From an uncultured Desulfatibacillum sp. (GTDB lineage Bacteria; Desulfobacterota; Desulfobacteria; Desulfobacterales; SpSt-501): DNA of 64,000 nucleotides. Below are positions 47,196 through 56,102 of the stretch, piece by piece. Every line of letters starts with the position of its first letter. Position 1 is the first letter of the stretch. A model generated the notes under the pieces. The model worked only from the letters and a program-made list of their open reading frames with translations, did not search any database and was not told the origin of the DNA. The DNA lies in contig CAZNAX010000001.1 of the NCBI GenBank assembly GCA_964570965.1, forward strand, positions 41,469-105,468, given 5' to 3'. A program made the position numbers and the translations under genes.

Positions 47196-47897
47196 CTACA
47201 GTCCGTAGGTAGTACGGATGAGACGGACATCGCTATCTGTGAGGCGGGTGGTGGCGGTGTTCAGCTCGTCTGTCACCATGCGCGGATACATGAGTGAGCT
47301 GATGAACTGATCATGAGAGAGTCCGATCACATGACCCAGTTCGTGGAGTGTGGTGACGAAAGCAAGTCTATCAGAGGAGGTTTCTCTGATACGAACTATG
47401 GACTGTATAGACTGCATCGTCGTTCCGATCTTAGCATGGTTGACGTAGCCACCAATCTTTCCGCTCTCGGAACCCGTAGCTCCGACTACTGACGGCGCAC
47501 CCCAGATCACTACTACATCTGGTTCCTCATCCGCAATATTGGCGACGCTGAAAAGGAGCTTTCCAACTTGGAGATTGAAGTCGTCCATAGCCTCTTTGAC
47601 TATCTTCGATCCCCTATCTTGCTCTTTGAGTGCCGTATGGTTGTTGCTGAATACGACGACGGATAGCGGTAGTTGCTTTTGTGGCCACACCAGAGGAACT
47701 GGGTTCTTGCACTGCCCGCTATCCCCCTCCCCTTGTATGTCTTCGGTGTAGGAAGCGTGCCCATTGTCCCAGCACACTTGGAGCAGGCCTGCTTCCTGAT
47801 GTGTAACCACCCCATAGACAACGCAGCAGGCAGCGATGACGGCGAATACCAGGATCACTAGTCCCCACGTTCTGAGAGAGCTCTGTTTCGTTTCCAT
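47196..47897 (-). CDS. Matrixin-type (M10, metzincin) zinc metalloprotease with N-terminal signal anchor
   Basis: 233 aa with RBS AGGAGA. HELGHVIGLSH (HExxHxxGxxH) followed by the Met-turn SLMYP. N-terminal TM WGLVILVFAVIAACCVVYGV. Confidence 0.8.
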   Translation of the reverse strand: METKQSSLRTWGLVILVFAVIAACCVVYGVVTHQEAGLLQVCWDNGHASYTEDIQGEGDSGQCKNPVPLVWPQKQLPLSVVVFSNNHTALKEQDRGSKIVKEAMDDFNLQVGKLLFSVANIADEEPDVVVIWGAPSVVGATGSESGKIGGYVNHAKIGTTMQSIQSIVRIRETSSDRLAFVTTLHELGHVIGLSHDQFISSLMYPRMVTDELNTATTRLTDSDVRLIRTTYGL

Positions 47898-47906
47898 TCT
47901 TGTCTC

Positions 47907-48179
47907 CTACGACGTAAGCCAGGCCGGCCGGCCTGCTCGAAGCAATTTCTCTTGCTGTAGCTTATCTGCAGCTCTTCCCCAAGTAGACGGACCCATACGG
48001 ACGGTCGTGGGGACTTTGCCCTCCAATTGCTTTGCGGCGGCCCGAAGCCGTGCTGCTCGCATGCCCCCTCCAACTTCTCCCGCTAGGCCTAGCGGATTGG
48101 AAATGGCGATCTTCTGCATCTCGTCAAAGAATGCTCGAAACTGTGCCGACTTCAACATGCCTCTTGGTACTCTTTTCAT
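47907..48179 (-). CDS. Small protein of the F.DE(L/M).KIA family
   Basis: ATG 48179 lies 7 nt after GGAG (MKRVPRGMLKSAQFRAFFDEMQKIAISNPLGLAGEVGGGM...). The N-terminal motif is shared with genes 9147 and 9740. Confidence 0.6.
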   Translation of the reverse strand: MKRVPRGMLKSAQFRAFFDEMQKIAISNPLGLAGEVGGGMRAARLRAAAKQLEGKVPTTVRMGPSTWGRAADKLQQEKLLRAGRPAWLTS

Positions 48180-48270
48180 GATCATGCTCCTTCAAATATC
48201 TACGGTAGCCTCAATTCACAAAGAACCAGACCTGCAATCACCTGATTTAGAGACTCTTGAACGCCCATGA

Positions 48271-48816
48271 TTACTCCTCTATGACTTCGATTCCCGAGCT
48301 GTCCACCGAGAACGTGCCAGTCGTTGCACCATCGATGGTGAGACCGATGCCGTGGTTCCCTGTGGTCGTAAGAATTGCCAAGAGGTCGTCGGTGGGTACC
48401 TGAACCTCACCGTGAATACGAATCGAAAGGTCCAAGGTCCAATCGTCCCATGTCGGCAGATATATCGAGTTGGGATTGCTAATGACAGTTGGACCCGAGA
48501 TCAAATGAGTTCGCCATGCCGGCAGCGCGACCAGCCGTTTGACGAACGTACCTGCGATTGGTCCAAGATTGTCTACCACACCGGGATAGAACGGAATGAT
48601 CACGGCTTTTGGAGGATTGGCCAGTCCTCGTAGTTCTCGGAAAATGGCAGACCGCACATCTCCTAGAGGATGACCAGGAGATAGATCTTCTCGCAGGTAT
48701 TTTCCCGTCTCAGAGAGATCGTCATTTTCCGACGCCGAAGGGAGTAGAGTATGATGGCATTGAACCAGCATAGTTAGACCATCAAACTGTAGACCGTTGA
48801 TTATCTTCGTGAACAT
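48271..48816 (-). CDS. Hypothetical protein (tail cluster)
   Basis: 181 aa with RBS AGGAGG, directly downstream of the spike candidate. Confidence 0.65.
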   Translation of the reverse strand: MFTKIINGLQFDGLTMLVQCHHTLLPSASENDDLSETGKYLREDLSPGHPLGDVRSAIFRELRGLANPPKAVIIPFYPGVVDNLGPIAGTFVKRLVALPAWRTHLISGPTVISNPNSIYLPTWDDWTLDLSIRIHGEVQVPTDDLLAILTTTGNHGIGLTIDGATTGTFSVDSSGIEVIEE

Positions 48817-48824
48817 TTTTCCTC

Positions 48825-50273
48825 CTAGGATGGGTTGAACGACATCATGATTCTACGAACGGTAACAGACCAGTTATCCGTGTTTACGGCCGTGGCGCGC
48901 AAACGAACATTGCTAGCGTTTATGTCCACGGACAAAGATAGATCCGAAGTCAAACCGACTTCTGCGAGCTTTGTTTCGCCTTGTGTGTTGATGGACAAAC
49001 CATCTGCAGTCCAAACCGCTGTTATGCTGCCTCGACGAAATTGGGTAGTGCCTCGTTTGACCAGCACTTCCCAAGTGCAGCAACAAGCAAGAGCATAAGG
49101 AAACTGGTCAACAACTTCAGGGCTAGTTGCTATGTCAACATCAGAATTCCGGTAAAAGTACATGTCCAGGTCTTGTAGAATAGGAACTGGCGCAGAGAAC
49201 GTTAGTGAGCCTGAACGAAGGGCTTTGAATAACGTGGCTTTGCTTTCTTCGTCAAGTGGCAAGTAACTTCCAGCACTGATGTATGCTCCAAGTATGCCAG
49301 TTGCGTGCAAACCTTTCAAAGGACCCATAGCCATACTGCCGTTTGCCACCGTCAGCCCGCCCCTCATGCTAAGAAGTTGGCCTATAACTGCGTCAGCATC
49401 GACGAGACTAGTACAAGAGCTTTCGTCACCTATAATCTCAAAATGAGGGGCGTCTATTGACTTGTGCACACCACCGCCAATGTCAGTACCAAAAATACTG
49501 CATTGATTGATGGTGATATTACCGTCTACATACCATGCTGGATCGTTGATCCAGTCTGGTATGCGTATCGCTCCGTGTGCAGCATAATATCCGAAAGACA
49601 CACCACGAAACACGAATTCACATGAGACAAATGCCGGATCTGGAATTATGTTCGCTACCTGCACCTCGAAATTCCCCCAGATCTGGATCTGGAGTAACTC
49701 GGGTATGTTACCTCCACCAGGAACTTCTTTGTAGTCGGAGTAGAAACCTACGCACAAAGAAGTGTTTAGAGTAGACCAAATTGGAAGATCGCCGTCTATG
49801 GAAACTGTGACATCACCTATTATCTTCAACTGCTTACGCGCGTGCGTCATAACAGAACGAATAGTGGGCAATGTGAAGTTTGCAGTCTCTTCGTACTCCG
49901 AGAGAATGTAGACCGTGTAGACGATGTTGAAGTCGGCTGCATCCACAGCCGAAGGAATCGAATCATAGGCGTCTTGAAGTGAAGAGAATGGGTTCTCGAA
50001 GCTGCCGTTTTGCCCAGGAGCAGTATTGAATTGATCAACGTATCGATAGTGCTCAGGCTGAATGGGCAGGACTTGTTCTATATCCCAACCGTTAGCACCT
50101 GTTCTTTCTTTTCGCCAAATAACTCTGGGTGTAGCATCTAGCTGAAGATATGTCGTTCCAACAAGCGCACCATCAAGAGAAGATGCTAGGTTCGGATCGC
50201 CTACTTGCTTGAGTTGGATACGACGATTCACTAGTTCAGCGATCACCTGATTCAATGATTCTTGAACGCCCAT
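48825..50273 (-). CDS. Tail spike / fibre candidate
   Basis: 482 aa. The N-terminal adaptor-like segment is followed by NPFSSLQDAYDSIP and long beta-rich sequence, which suggests a beta-helix spike. The call rests on context and composition. Confidence 0.45.
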   Translation of the reverse strand: MGVQESLNQVIAELVNRRIQLKQVGDPNLASSLDGALVGTTYLQLDATPRVIWRKERTGANGWDIEQVLPIQPEHYRYVDQFNTAPGQNGSFENPFSSLQDAYDSIPSAVDAADFNIVYTVYILSEYEETANFTLPTIRSVMTHARKQLKIIGDVTVSIDGDLPIWSTLNTSLCVGFYSDYKEVPGGGNIPELLQIQIWGNFEVQVANIIPDPAFVSCEFVFRGVSFGYYAAHGAIRIPDWINDPAWYVDGNITINQCSIFGTDIGGGVHKSIDAPHFEIIGDESSCTSLVDADAVIGQLLSMRGGLTVANGSMAMGPLKGLHATGILGAYISAGSYLPLDEESKATLFKALRSGSLTFSAPVPILQDLDMYFYRNSDVDIATSPEVVDQFPYALACCCTWEVLVKRGTTQFRRGSITAVWTADGLSINTQGETKLAEVGLTSDLSLSVDINASNVRLRATAVNTDNWSVTVRRIMMSFNPS

Positions 50274-50458
50274 TAGACAGTCTCCACGATAAAATGCATC
50301 TTAGATTTCAGAAGCAGCCGTTGCTCTTCTTTGGACAGCGCAAGCCACACAACTCTCATTTGAGTTTGTACCCTACTAACTTCGTGTACCGCTCCATTGG
50401 CCTCGCTCTCAAGCATCAACTTTTCCAAATGGACATAGTTTTGTAGCGTTGGACTCAT
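50273..50458 (-). CDS. Hypothetical small protein
   Basis: 61 aa. Both ends overlap neighbouring genes by 1-4 nt, suggesting translational coupling. Confidence 0.5.
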   Translation of the reverse strand: MSPTLQNYVHLEKLMLESEANGAVHEVSRVQTQMRVVWLALSKEEQRLLLKSKMHFIVETV

Positions 50459-52206
50459 ACAGTCTCCTGAACGTCAGCGATGGTCAGAGTCCCCAACGTA
50501 TTCTGTCCAGCAAGTGTTACGTCATTCAGCCAGACCGTCGTTGGGTTGGTGCCAATCGAGTCCACAGTCAGCGTATCCACGATGTCCGCATGATCCCCCT
50601 GAACAGCGTTCCGAAGCCCGGTGTGGTTGTTCAACGAAAGCACGCCAAACGTGAGCTTGGTGTACGTGACCACTGGAACGTTCATCGTGGTGGACTGTGA
50701 GAACGCTGCGAAGGTCAACGTTCGAGCTACGAATCCACCGATCGTGTATGCAGCACTTGCTGGCGCAATGGTAGTGGTCACCTTTCCGGCTCTGTTCGTG
50801 ACTGAGAAAGCTCCCCAGTTGTGAGACGCATGGACATCGTTGTCGTGGACGGAGAGACTTCGTGTCCAAGAAGATGGTCCACCAGTCCATGATCCAAGCC
50901 ATGTACCGCCATTTACGTCTGTGGCAAGAGACGGTGCTGCGTACGCTGGCTGATCAAGTGCGATAGTGATCGTGTGAGACTGTGCGGAAGTTCCATTGTT
51001 GCCACCAGATCGAAGTCTAGCTGCTGGAAGAGTGATCGTGGCGGCAGAGATGGCAACGTGGGCAATAGCAGCGTAGCTGTCCACAGTGGTCTGAGAGCCA
51101 TTGGCCTCTCTGCTCAAGACCATTCTGAAGTTGACTCCGCTAAACCTAGTATCTCCTGCGATCCTGGTAACAACCTTGGCAGCCTCGAAGGTGCTTGGGT
51201 TGGCGATGCTGAGTTCGGCTGGAGCACTTGGGCTCGTGAAGGCTACCGTATCGTAGTTGGATGCTGTGAGGTTGAACGTAGCGCTCTCTGCATCCTTCAG
51301 AGCGGATTGCCCTGCCGGGTAGTTGATGGAAGCAACCGATCCAGACGGATAGCGGTTGTTGAGAGCGACAAGATCGTGTCCGTCAACAGAACCACCAAGC
51401 TCGTTCGTTGCTCTGACATTACCGAAGGCACCGGCAGCGTTGTGCACCTTCATCTTGGCTGCGAGGTTCTGTAGGGTCGTTCCTCTATCAGCGATGGTGA
51501 TCGAAACGGTTCCAGAAGTGGCTGGGGCAAACGCGAAGGTCTGTAGAGTCCCTGCCCCGTCGTTGAGCACGGTGGCTCCAGTGCAGGGAAGATCAGAAAC
51601 AAAGTGGAGGTCGAAGGTGTCTCCCGCTTTGAGCTCCGTTTGGGGCGTACCAGGAAGCCACGGGACATCCGGATAACCTCCAGTGAAGTAAAGATCCAGA
51701 AGTTGAGGAGGCAGTTCGATTGCAACAGCAACGTCATCTCTTGCGCTTGCGAGTCCTTCTGGCGTCAGTACAACGATCCCAATTGTCTCTCCAGCAGGAT
51801 CAATAACAACATCCACCGTGCCAGAGTAGTGCCCCTCGTCCAACGAAGGAGTCAAGGTCTCGTTGACCGTTCCAGCCAACGTGATGACTCTAACTTCGGG
51901 ATACGAGGAGTTGATCGTAAGCCTGACATCTACGGTAGAACAAGTGAACGATTGCAACACTGTGTTGTCGGGAGGATTCTGGTAGACCTGGTCGCTGACC
52001 ATACCACCAGTAGGTGATGCTGCGTCGGTCAGATAGATAAAGCCTTGGCCTGATTCACTGATCTTGCTATCAATGTATGTTTCGAGGGATGTAAAGGCGC
52101 CATCGATGTCTCTGCGAAGGTCCATTATCTCGGCAGCCAGACCTCCTGACTTGCGAACCAGGTGTGGTCTGAGCGGATGTGAGCCGCCAAAGGATCTGCT
52201 TCCCAT
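50455..52206 (-). CDS. Tail fibre candidate
   Basis: 583 aa. After an N-terminal helical segment (AAEIMDLRRDIDGAFTSLETYIDSKI) comes Thr/Ser/Gly/Ala/Val-rich beta sequence typical of fibre shafts. It is the first gene of the minus-strand cluster. Confidence 0.5.
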   Translation of the reverse strand: MGSRSFGGSHPLRPHLVRKSGGLAAEIMDLRRDIDGAFTSLETYIDSKISESGQGFIYLTDAASPTGGMVSDQVYQNPPDNTVLQSFTCSTVDVRLTINSSYPEVRVITLAGTVNETLTPSLDEGHYSGTVDVVIDPAGETIGIVVLTPEGLASARDDVAVAIELPPQLLDLYFTGGYPDVPWLPGTPQTELKAGDTFDLHFVSDLPCTGATVLNDGAGTLQTFAFAPATSGTVSITIADRGTTLQNLAAKMKVHNAAGAFGNVRATNELGGSVDGHDLVALNNRYPSGSVASINYPAGQSALKDAESATFNLTASNYDTVAFTSPSAPAELSIANPSTFEAAKVVTRIAGDTRFSGVNFRMVLSREANGSQTTVDSYAAIAHVAISAATITLPAARLRSGGNNGTSAQSHTITIALDQPAYAAPSLATDVNGGTWLGSWTGGPSSWTRSLSVHDNDVHASHNWGAFSVTNRAGKVTTTIAPASAAYTIGGFVARTLTFAAFSQSTTMNVPVVTYTKLTFGVLSLNNHTGLRNAVQGDHADIVDTLTVDSIGTNPTTVWLNDVTLAGQNTLGTLTIADVQETV

Positions 52207-52292
52207 TCATATCTCCTATCGGTTGTCAAAACCACTGTATCATCTACGACCTTACAGCCAGAAGTGTAGGATAACAGATTGGTCTGTTGCCT

Positions 52293-52300
52293 GTTATAAG
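52293..52300 (+). promoter_or_regulatory. GTTATAAG -10-like element
   Basis: TGTTATAAGATCGG lies 39 nt upstream of ATG 52339, in the divergent intergenic region. Confidence 0.45.
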
Positions 52301-52338
52301 ATCGGTGGAGCAAGAGTCTCTTAGATGGAGGAGGTGAG

Positions 52339-52575
52339 ATGCCTAAAGTGAAACAACGCAAAGATCCGTTGGAAGACATGACCGAGTTGTCTATGCCGTA
52401 CCACAACGTCTCGTGGTACGAAAACAAGGAGTGTAGCGGGATCACGCTGAAGATTCAGCTTGTGCATCCAGATGGCGTATCGAGGGGGCTGCTGATATCC
52501 GTTCCAGACGAGTGTCTGTTTCCAGTACCTCCAGGTCACTACTTCGTCACCAGAAAGCTCGGTCGATATGAGTGA
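52339..52575 (+). CDS. Hypothetical small protein
   Basis: 78 aa with RBS GGAGGAGGTG. Confidence 0.65.
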   Translation: MPKVKQRKDPLEDMTELSMPYHNVSWYENKECSGITLKIQLVHPDGVSRGLLISVPDECLFPVPPGHYFVTRKLGRYE

Positions 52576-52783
52576 TCATGTGCTGATCAATATGAAAGAG
52601 CTGGGATCGAAAGAGGGCACTGTTAGAAGAGGAAAGTGCCCTGTATGTGGGAAAGAGCTGACGCTTAGCCATTCTGGGTGGGCAAACGGGGCAGCAATAC
52701 ATTTCCTACCTAATCATCACTACAATGATGAGAAATACTGTTCGGGTAGCGGAACTTATTTGAAGGAGATTCGATCAGTATGA
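52568..52783 (+). CDS. Small zinc-ribbon-like protein
   Basis: 71 aa. CPVCGKEL...YCSGSG. Its start ATGAGTGATCATGT is repeated at the next gene. Confidence 0.6.
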   Translation: MSDHVLINMKELGSKEGTVRRGKCPVCGKELTLSHSGWANGAAIHFLPNHHYNDEKYCSGSGTYLKEIRSV

Positions 52784-52989
52784 GTGATCATGTATGGGAA
52801 GATCAGATAGAGCCTGCATTCGATGCAGCTCTATGGGTGCTTTCCAGGCTCTACGATGTGCTCAGCGAGCTGGATAGTAGTGGCTGCCACATTGGAAATG
52901 AGCTAGTCTCGGCCGCCGAAGCAGTTCGCAATCTCAGAGTCGAGCTCTCAGTGATCAAAAGTAGATGCTTCACCAGGAGGTCAGAGTAG
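52780..52989 (+). CDS. Hypothetical small protein
   Basis: 69 aa with ATGA overlap and the same MSDHV start. Confidence 0.6.
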   Translation: MSDHVWEDQIEPAFDAALWVLSRLYDVLSELDSSGCHIGNELVSAAEAVRNLRVELSVIKSRCFTRRSE

Positions 52990-52990
52990 G

Positions 52991-53320
52991 ATGACTGAGG
53001 AAGAACGTAATGAGTTCGTCACGCAGGTGTTGGAGACCGTGGTTTCGTGGGGTAGAATCCGTCATCTGAAGATATGTCGTGCCGATAACAAAGACGGTAT
53101 CACCTGGGATCAACTACAGTATCTGAAGAATGAGGCCCTTGGGAAAGATGCATGTGCGATCGAGTTCTACCCACCAGAAGATGAATTGATCAACGATGTC
53201 AACATCAGACATCTCTGGGAGATTCCATCACATATGCTAAAGAGACCTATGGGGTCGAGAAACCCAACCAAAGGAATGAATGATGAAGGATCAGAATGTA
53301 GTGGAATGGGCGTGGACTGA
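52991..53320 (+). CDS. Hypothetical protein
   Basis: 109 aa with RBS GGAGG (GITWDQLQYLKNEALGKDACAIEFYPPEDELINDVNIRHLW). Confidence 0.6.
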   Translation: MTEEERNEFVTQVLETVVSWGRIRHLKICRADNKDGITWDQLQYLKNEALGKDACAIEFYPPEDELINDVNIRHLWEIPSHMLKRPMGSRNPTKGMNDEGSECSGMGVD

Positions 53321-53729
53321 TCTGTACGATGAGGATGCTAACGGCCCATTCGCGACAAGAGAGCTCGCCGTAGAGAACGCACAGAATGAGGCAAATGAGG
53401 AAAGCTGGGACAACAAAGAGATCATCCTTGGGCATGCTGTGTGGCCTGATCCCGGCAAGTACATAGGGATCGACATTGATACTCTGTTGAATGATATGGA
53501 TTCAGCAGCAGGTGATGATGGCTGCTGGTCTAGTGATGACACCCTATTCAGTCTCACAGACGCCTCAAAGGCTGAGGCCGAGCTGGAGAAGCTGATTCAG
53601 AACTGGGCACGAAAGTGGGTAGAGCCGGATCATTGGACCTTTGAAGAGGTAGAGAAGATCGTTTTGAGTGAGGAACCAGAAGGAGGAGAAGATGAAAGTG
53701 AAACAGGAGAAGGCGCTGACCAAGAGTGA
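53280..53729 (+). CDS. Highly acidic protein (DNA-mimic candidate)
   Basis: 149 aa, strongly Asp/Glu-rich throughout, ending EEPEGGEDESETGEGADQE. It overlaps both neighbours. Confidence 0.55.
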   Translation: MMKDQNVVEWAWTDLYDEDANGPFATRELAVENAQNEANEESWDNKEIILGHAVWPDPGKYIGIDIDTLLNDMDSAAGDDGCWSSDDTLFSLTDASKAEAELEKLIQNWARKWVEPDHWTFEEVEKIVLSEEPEGGEDESETGEGADQE

Positions 53730-54018
53730 GATCATTGCAACCTTGGCTGAGAGATCGGGAATGGCCAAGAAAGATGTGACAGCGTTCTTGGCAATGCATG
53801 CGGAGCTGATGAATGAGCAGCTGACCATGAAGGGAGTTGGATCGTACACCATCCCCTTCATGGGTGTGAAGGTGCTCATGATGGTGAGGCCGGCGACCAA
53901 GGCGCGTATGGGCAGAAACCCTGCGACTGGTGAGGAAGTCATGATCGCCGCCAAGCCAAAGAGGAAGGTGGTCAAGGCCAAGGTCATGAAAGTCCTGAAG
54001 GACACAGTACTGTCTTGA
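53692..54018 (+). CDS. HU/IHF-family DNA-binding protein
   Basis: ATG 53692 follows GGAGGAG. LTKSEIIATLAERSGMAKKDVTAFL...ARMGRNPATGEEVMIAAKPKRKVVKAKVMKVLK matches the HU fold signature (R-N-P-x-T-G-E arm). Confidence 0.75.
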   Translation: MKVKQEKALTKSEIIATLAERSGMAKKDVTAFLAMHAELMNEQLTMKGVGSYTIPFMGVKVLMMVRPATKARMGRNPATGEEVMIAAKPKRKVVKAKVMKVLKDTVLS

Positions 54019-54078
54019 AAGTGTGTTCGGGGTGGACTAGAATGTCTCCCTGAATAGATAGCCGTCCCTGTCTCACGT

Positions 54079-54124
54079 AGGCCGACCGGATAGAATGGGT
54101 CTCTCCGGCCGGCCTCTTTTTTTC
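54079..54124 (+). terminator. Intrinsic terminator after HU-like gene
   Basis: AGGCCGACCGGA (54079-54090) pairs with TCCGGCCGGCCT (54104-54115), followed by CTTTTTTTTCC. Confidence 0.85.
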
Positions 54125-54141
54125 CTAATGGAGATGTAACG

Positions 54142-54408
54142 ATGAGATTTCTTGTGATCGGAAATGGTGAGATCAAGAGTCCACGATTGAAAGAATTGGT
54201 GGAGATATCCGATGACCTCCGTTCCAGCCCATTGATTGAAAAGCTTTTCGATCTATGGCAAATCCAGGAATGGACAGCAGAAGAGCAGGACATGGGGAAC
54301 AAGCGTTGGGCTGCTGAGCTGTACATGGAGTCAAATGAAGACGCTGATCATCTGATGGAAGACGAGGAATCTGTACATTCGTATGTAGACGTGGAGTTGG
54401 GAGAATGA
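54142..54408 (+). CDS. Hypothetical small protein
   Basis: 88 aa with RBS GGAGATG. Confidence 0.6.
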   Translation: MRFLVIGNGEIKSPRLKELVEISDDLRSSPLIEKLFDLWQIQEWTAEEQDMGNKRWAAELYMESNEDADHLMEDEESVHSYVDVELGE

Positions 54409-54659
54409 GCGATGATGGCAGGCGTTTCATAATCTATCCGCACTGCGAGGATCCGATGATGGACGCAGAGGGTAACATCATCTCTGATGGTGTCACGGGC
54501 AGGATCAGTGTGGACAACTGCTACCTGACAGCCTATCCCAAGTGGCCGGATGATAATGATCTAAGGCCCAAGGATCTCAATGTCGGTGACTGCATAATGG
54601 GTGTTGAGTACCGTCTATCTGGATCGTACGGTATCTACGATGTTTACAGGGTTAGCTGA
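54405..54659 (+). CDS. Hypothetical small protein
   Basis: 84 aa with ATGA overlap. Confidence 0.6.
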   Translation: MSDDGRRFIIYPHCEDPMMDAEGNIISDGVTGRISVDNCYLTAYPKWPDDNDLRPKDLNVGDCIMGVEYRLSGSYGIYDVYRVS

Positions 54660-55186
54660 TGCGCTTCATTTTCAAAGTAGGTGATCTGGTCTCTTGGTAC
54701 ATACGTCCTGAAGTTCAAGATCCAGAACACCCGAGTAGCTATGCCGCAAATGTAGATCGTATTCGTGGGATCGTACGGTCGGTGCACGTCTGGACTCATG
54801 TAATGGTCGAGGCTGAAGAGCATCTCATGTACGCTGTTGATTTGAACAACCCCAGCCTGCGATTGGAGTACGCAGCTAAGTTTAGAAAGGAAGAGAAGAT
54901 GACCGTGAGGGAAGAGTGGATAGAGCTCGCAAGGAAGACAGGGCAGCTGGTAGCTGAGAAGAATGCTGCGTACGGGGACAGCGTCCGCAAGTCGGCTAGG
55001 ATCATGCAGACCCTATACCCAGAAGGTATCAAGCCCGATCAGATACCTGCCGCTCTAGTGACCGTTCGGATCCTCGACAAGTTGAGCAGGATTGCGAACG
55101 ATCCGAATTATGGAGGAGAGGATCCTGCATTGGACGTGACTGGATACGGACTTCTCCTTCAGGAGCTAGTCAAGAACGGTCTGTAA
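54659..55186 (+). CDS. DUF1599-like / MazG-superfamily-like nucleotide-binding protein candidate
   Basis: 175 aa. C-terminal half KNAAYGDS...LVTVRILDKLSRIANDPNYGGEDPALDVTGYGLLL follows the K-N-x-x-Y-G...R-x-x-D-K-x-x-R...E-D/S...D-x-x-G/N-Y pattern I recall for DUF1599. Confidence 0.4.
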   Translation: MRFIFKVGDLVSWYIRPEVQDPEHPSSYAANVDRIRGIVRSVHVWTHVMVEAEEHLMYAVDLNNPSLRLEYAAKFRKEEKMTVREEWIELARKTGQLVAEKNAAYGDSVRKSARIMQTLYPEGIKPDQIPAALVTVRILDKLSRIANDPNYGGEDPALDVTGYGLLLQELVKNGL

Positions 55187-55237
55187 CCTTTCCACGGGAA
55201 GAGTGGGGAAGGTATACTCAGGGGAAGTGGAGGTCGT

Positions 55238-55777
55238 ATGCCCTTCCCCAACACAAGCTACCCTGTGGCGTTAGACGCCACAGAGGACAGAACAGACTAT
55301 GTTGATGTCGTCTATGCAGACGACTTCGACTATCATGACAAACAGATCAGGAAGGTTCAGGAGTACCTGGGCATCACTTCCGAGCTCATAGGTCAACGGA
55401 TTGCCGGTACGGGTCCTGGTGGCATGGTTAGCCCGGTCGCTTCGGGTGGAGCCGCCAGAGCATTCAGGCTAGCAGCAAGGAATGCTTTCTCTGCGGGGTA
55501 CCTCCTGAGCGTGGGCGACGCATGGGATACCTCCTACACTGAAAAGCTCCAGCTAAGCTATGCAGGGCAGCTCTGGACATTGAATGGTATTGATGCGAGC
55601 GCAAAGCTGAAAATACCACGATCAGCGCTGCCACCAGCAGGCGAAGTAGGGCGCCTTCACTGGGACCCGGCCGGCTCTTCCCTCCAGTACGACGATGGAG
55701 CTGCATGGAATTCTGTTGGAGGAGGCGGCCTCACTGCAGAAGATTGGGCACTGCTCGATATGAGCTTCGGAGGCTGA
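55238..55777 (+). CDS. Tail fibre-associated protein candidate
   Basis: 179 aa with RBS GGAGG. The N-terminus DATEDRTDYVDVVYADDFDYHDKQIRKVQEYLG is the kind of N-terminal segment often seen in phage fibre proteins. Confidence 0.4.
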   Translation: MPFPNTSYPVALDATEDRTDYVDVVYADDFDYHDKQIRKVQEYLGITSELIGQRIAGTGPGGMVSPVASGGAARAFRLAARNAFSAGYLLSVGDAWDTSYTEKLQLSYAGQLWTLNGIDASAKLKIPRSALPPAGEVGRLHWDPAGSSLQYDDGAAWNSVGGGGLTAEDWALLDMSFGG

Positions 55778-55778
55778 A

Positions 55779-56102
55779 ATGGCGATAACCAGAAGCGTAC
55801 TAGCGCATGGAACCCTGACGGCACTGTCTGCTAGCGTCTACACACCAGCGGGAGCTGCTGTGGGACATCCCCACTTGATCCGATGGCACAATACGACAGG
55901 ATCTCCAGAGACAGTCATTGTCGGCTATGACGATGGATCAACGCCAATCGAGTTGGATAGGTTCGAGATCCAAGCGTTTGATTCCATAACCCAGGCATTC
56001 CCAATGGAAGGGGATCTTGTCGAGAACGGTCATGACATCACGGCATATTGTTCGACTGCCAGTGCGGTGACCTACAAGATCGTTGGGACAGAGGCGTCAT
56101 GA
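55779..56102 (+). CDS. Small protein, module 1 partner of LamG protein
   Basis: 107 aa, same size and position as gene 58252..58581 relative to its LamG neighbour. Confidence 0.6.
   Translation: MAITRSVLAHGTLTALSASVYTPAGAAVGHPHLIRWHNTTGSPETVIVGYDDGSTPIELDRFEIQAFDSITQAFPMEGDLVENGHDITAYCSTASAVTYKIVGTEAS

Noticed and set aside
53565-54326. 253-aa minus-strand ORF
   Set aside because: It spans the HU-like gene in antisense, the strong 54079-54124 terminator and part of the next gene. This is not plausible as a single CDS.
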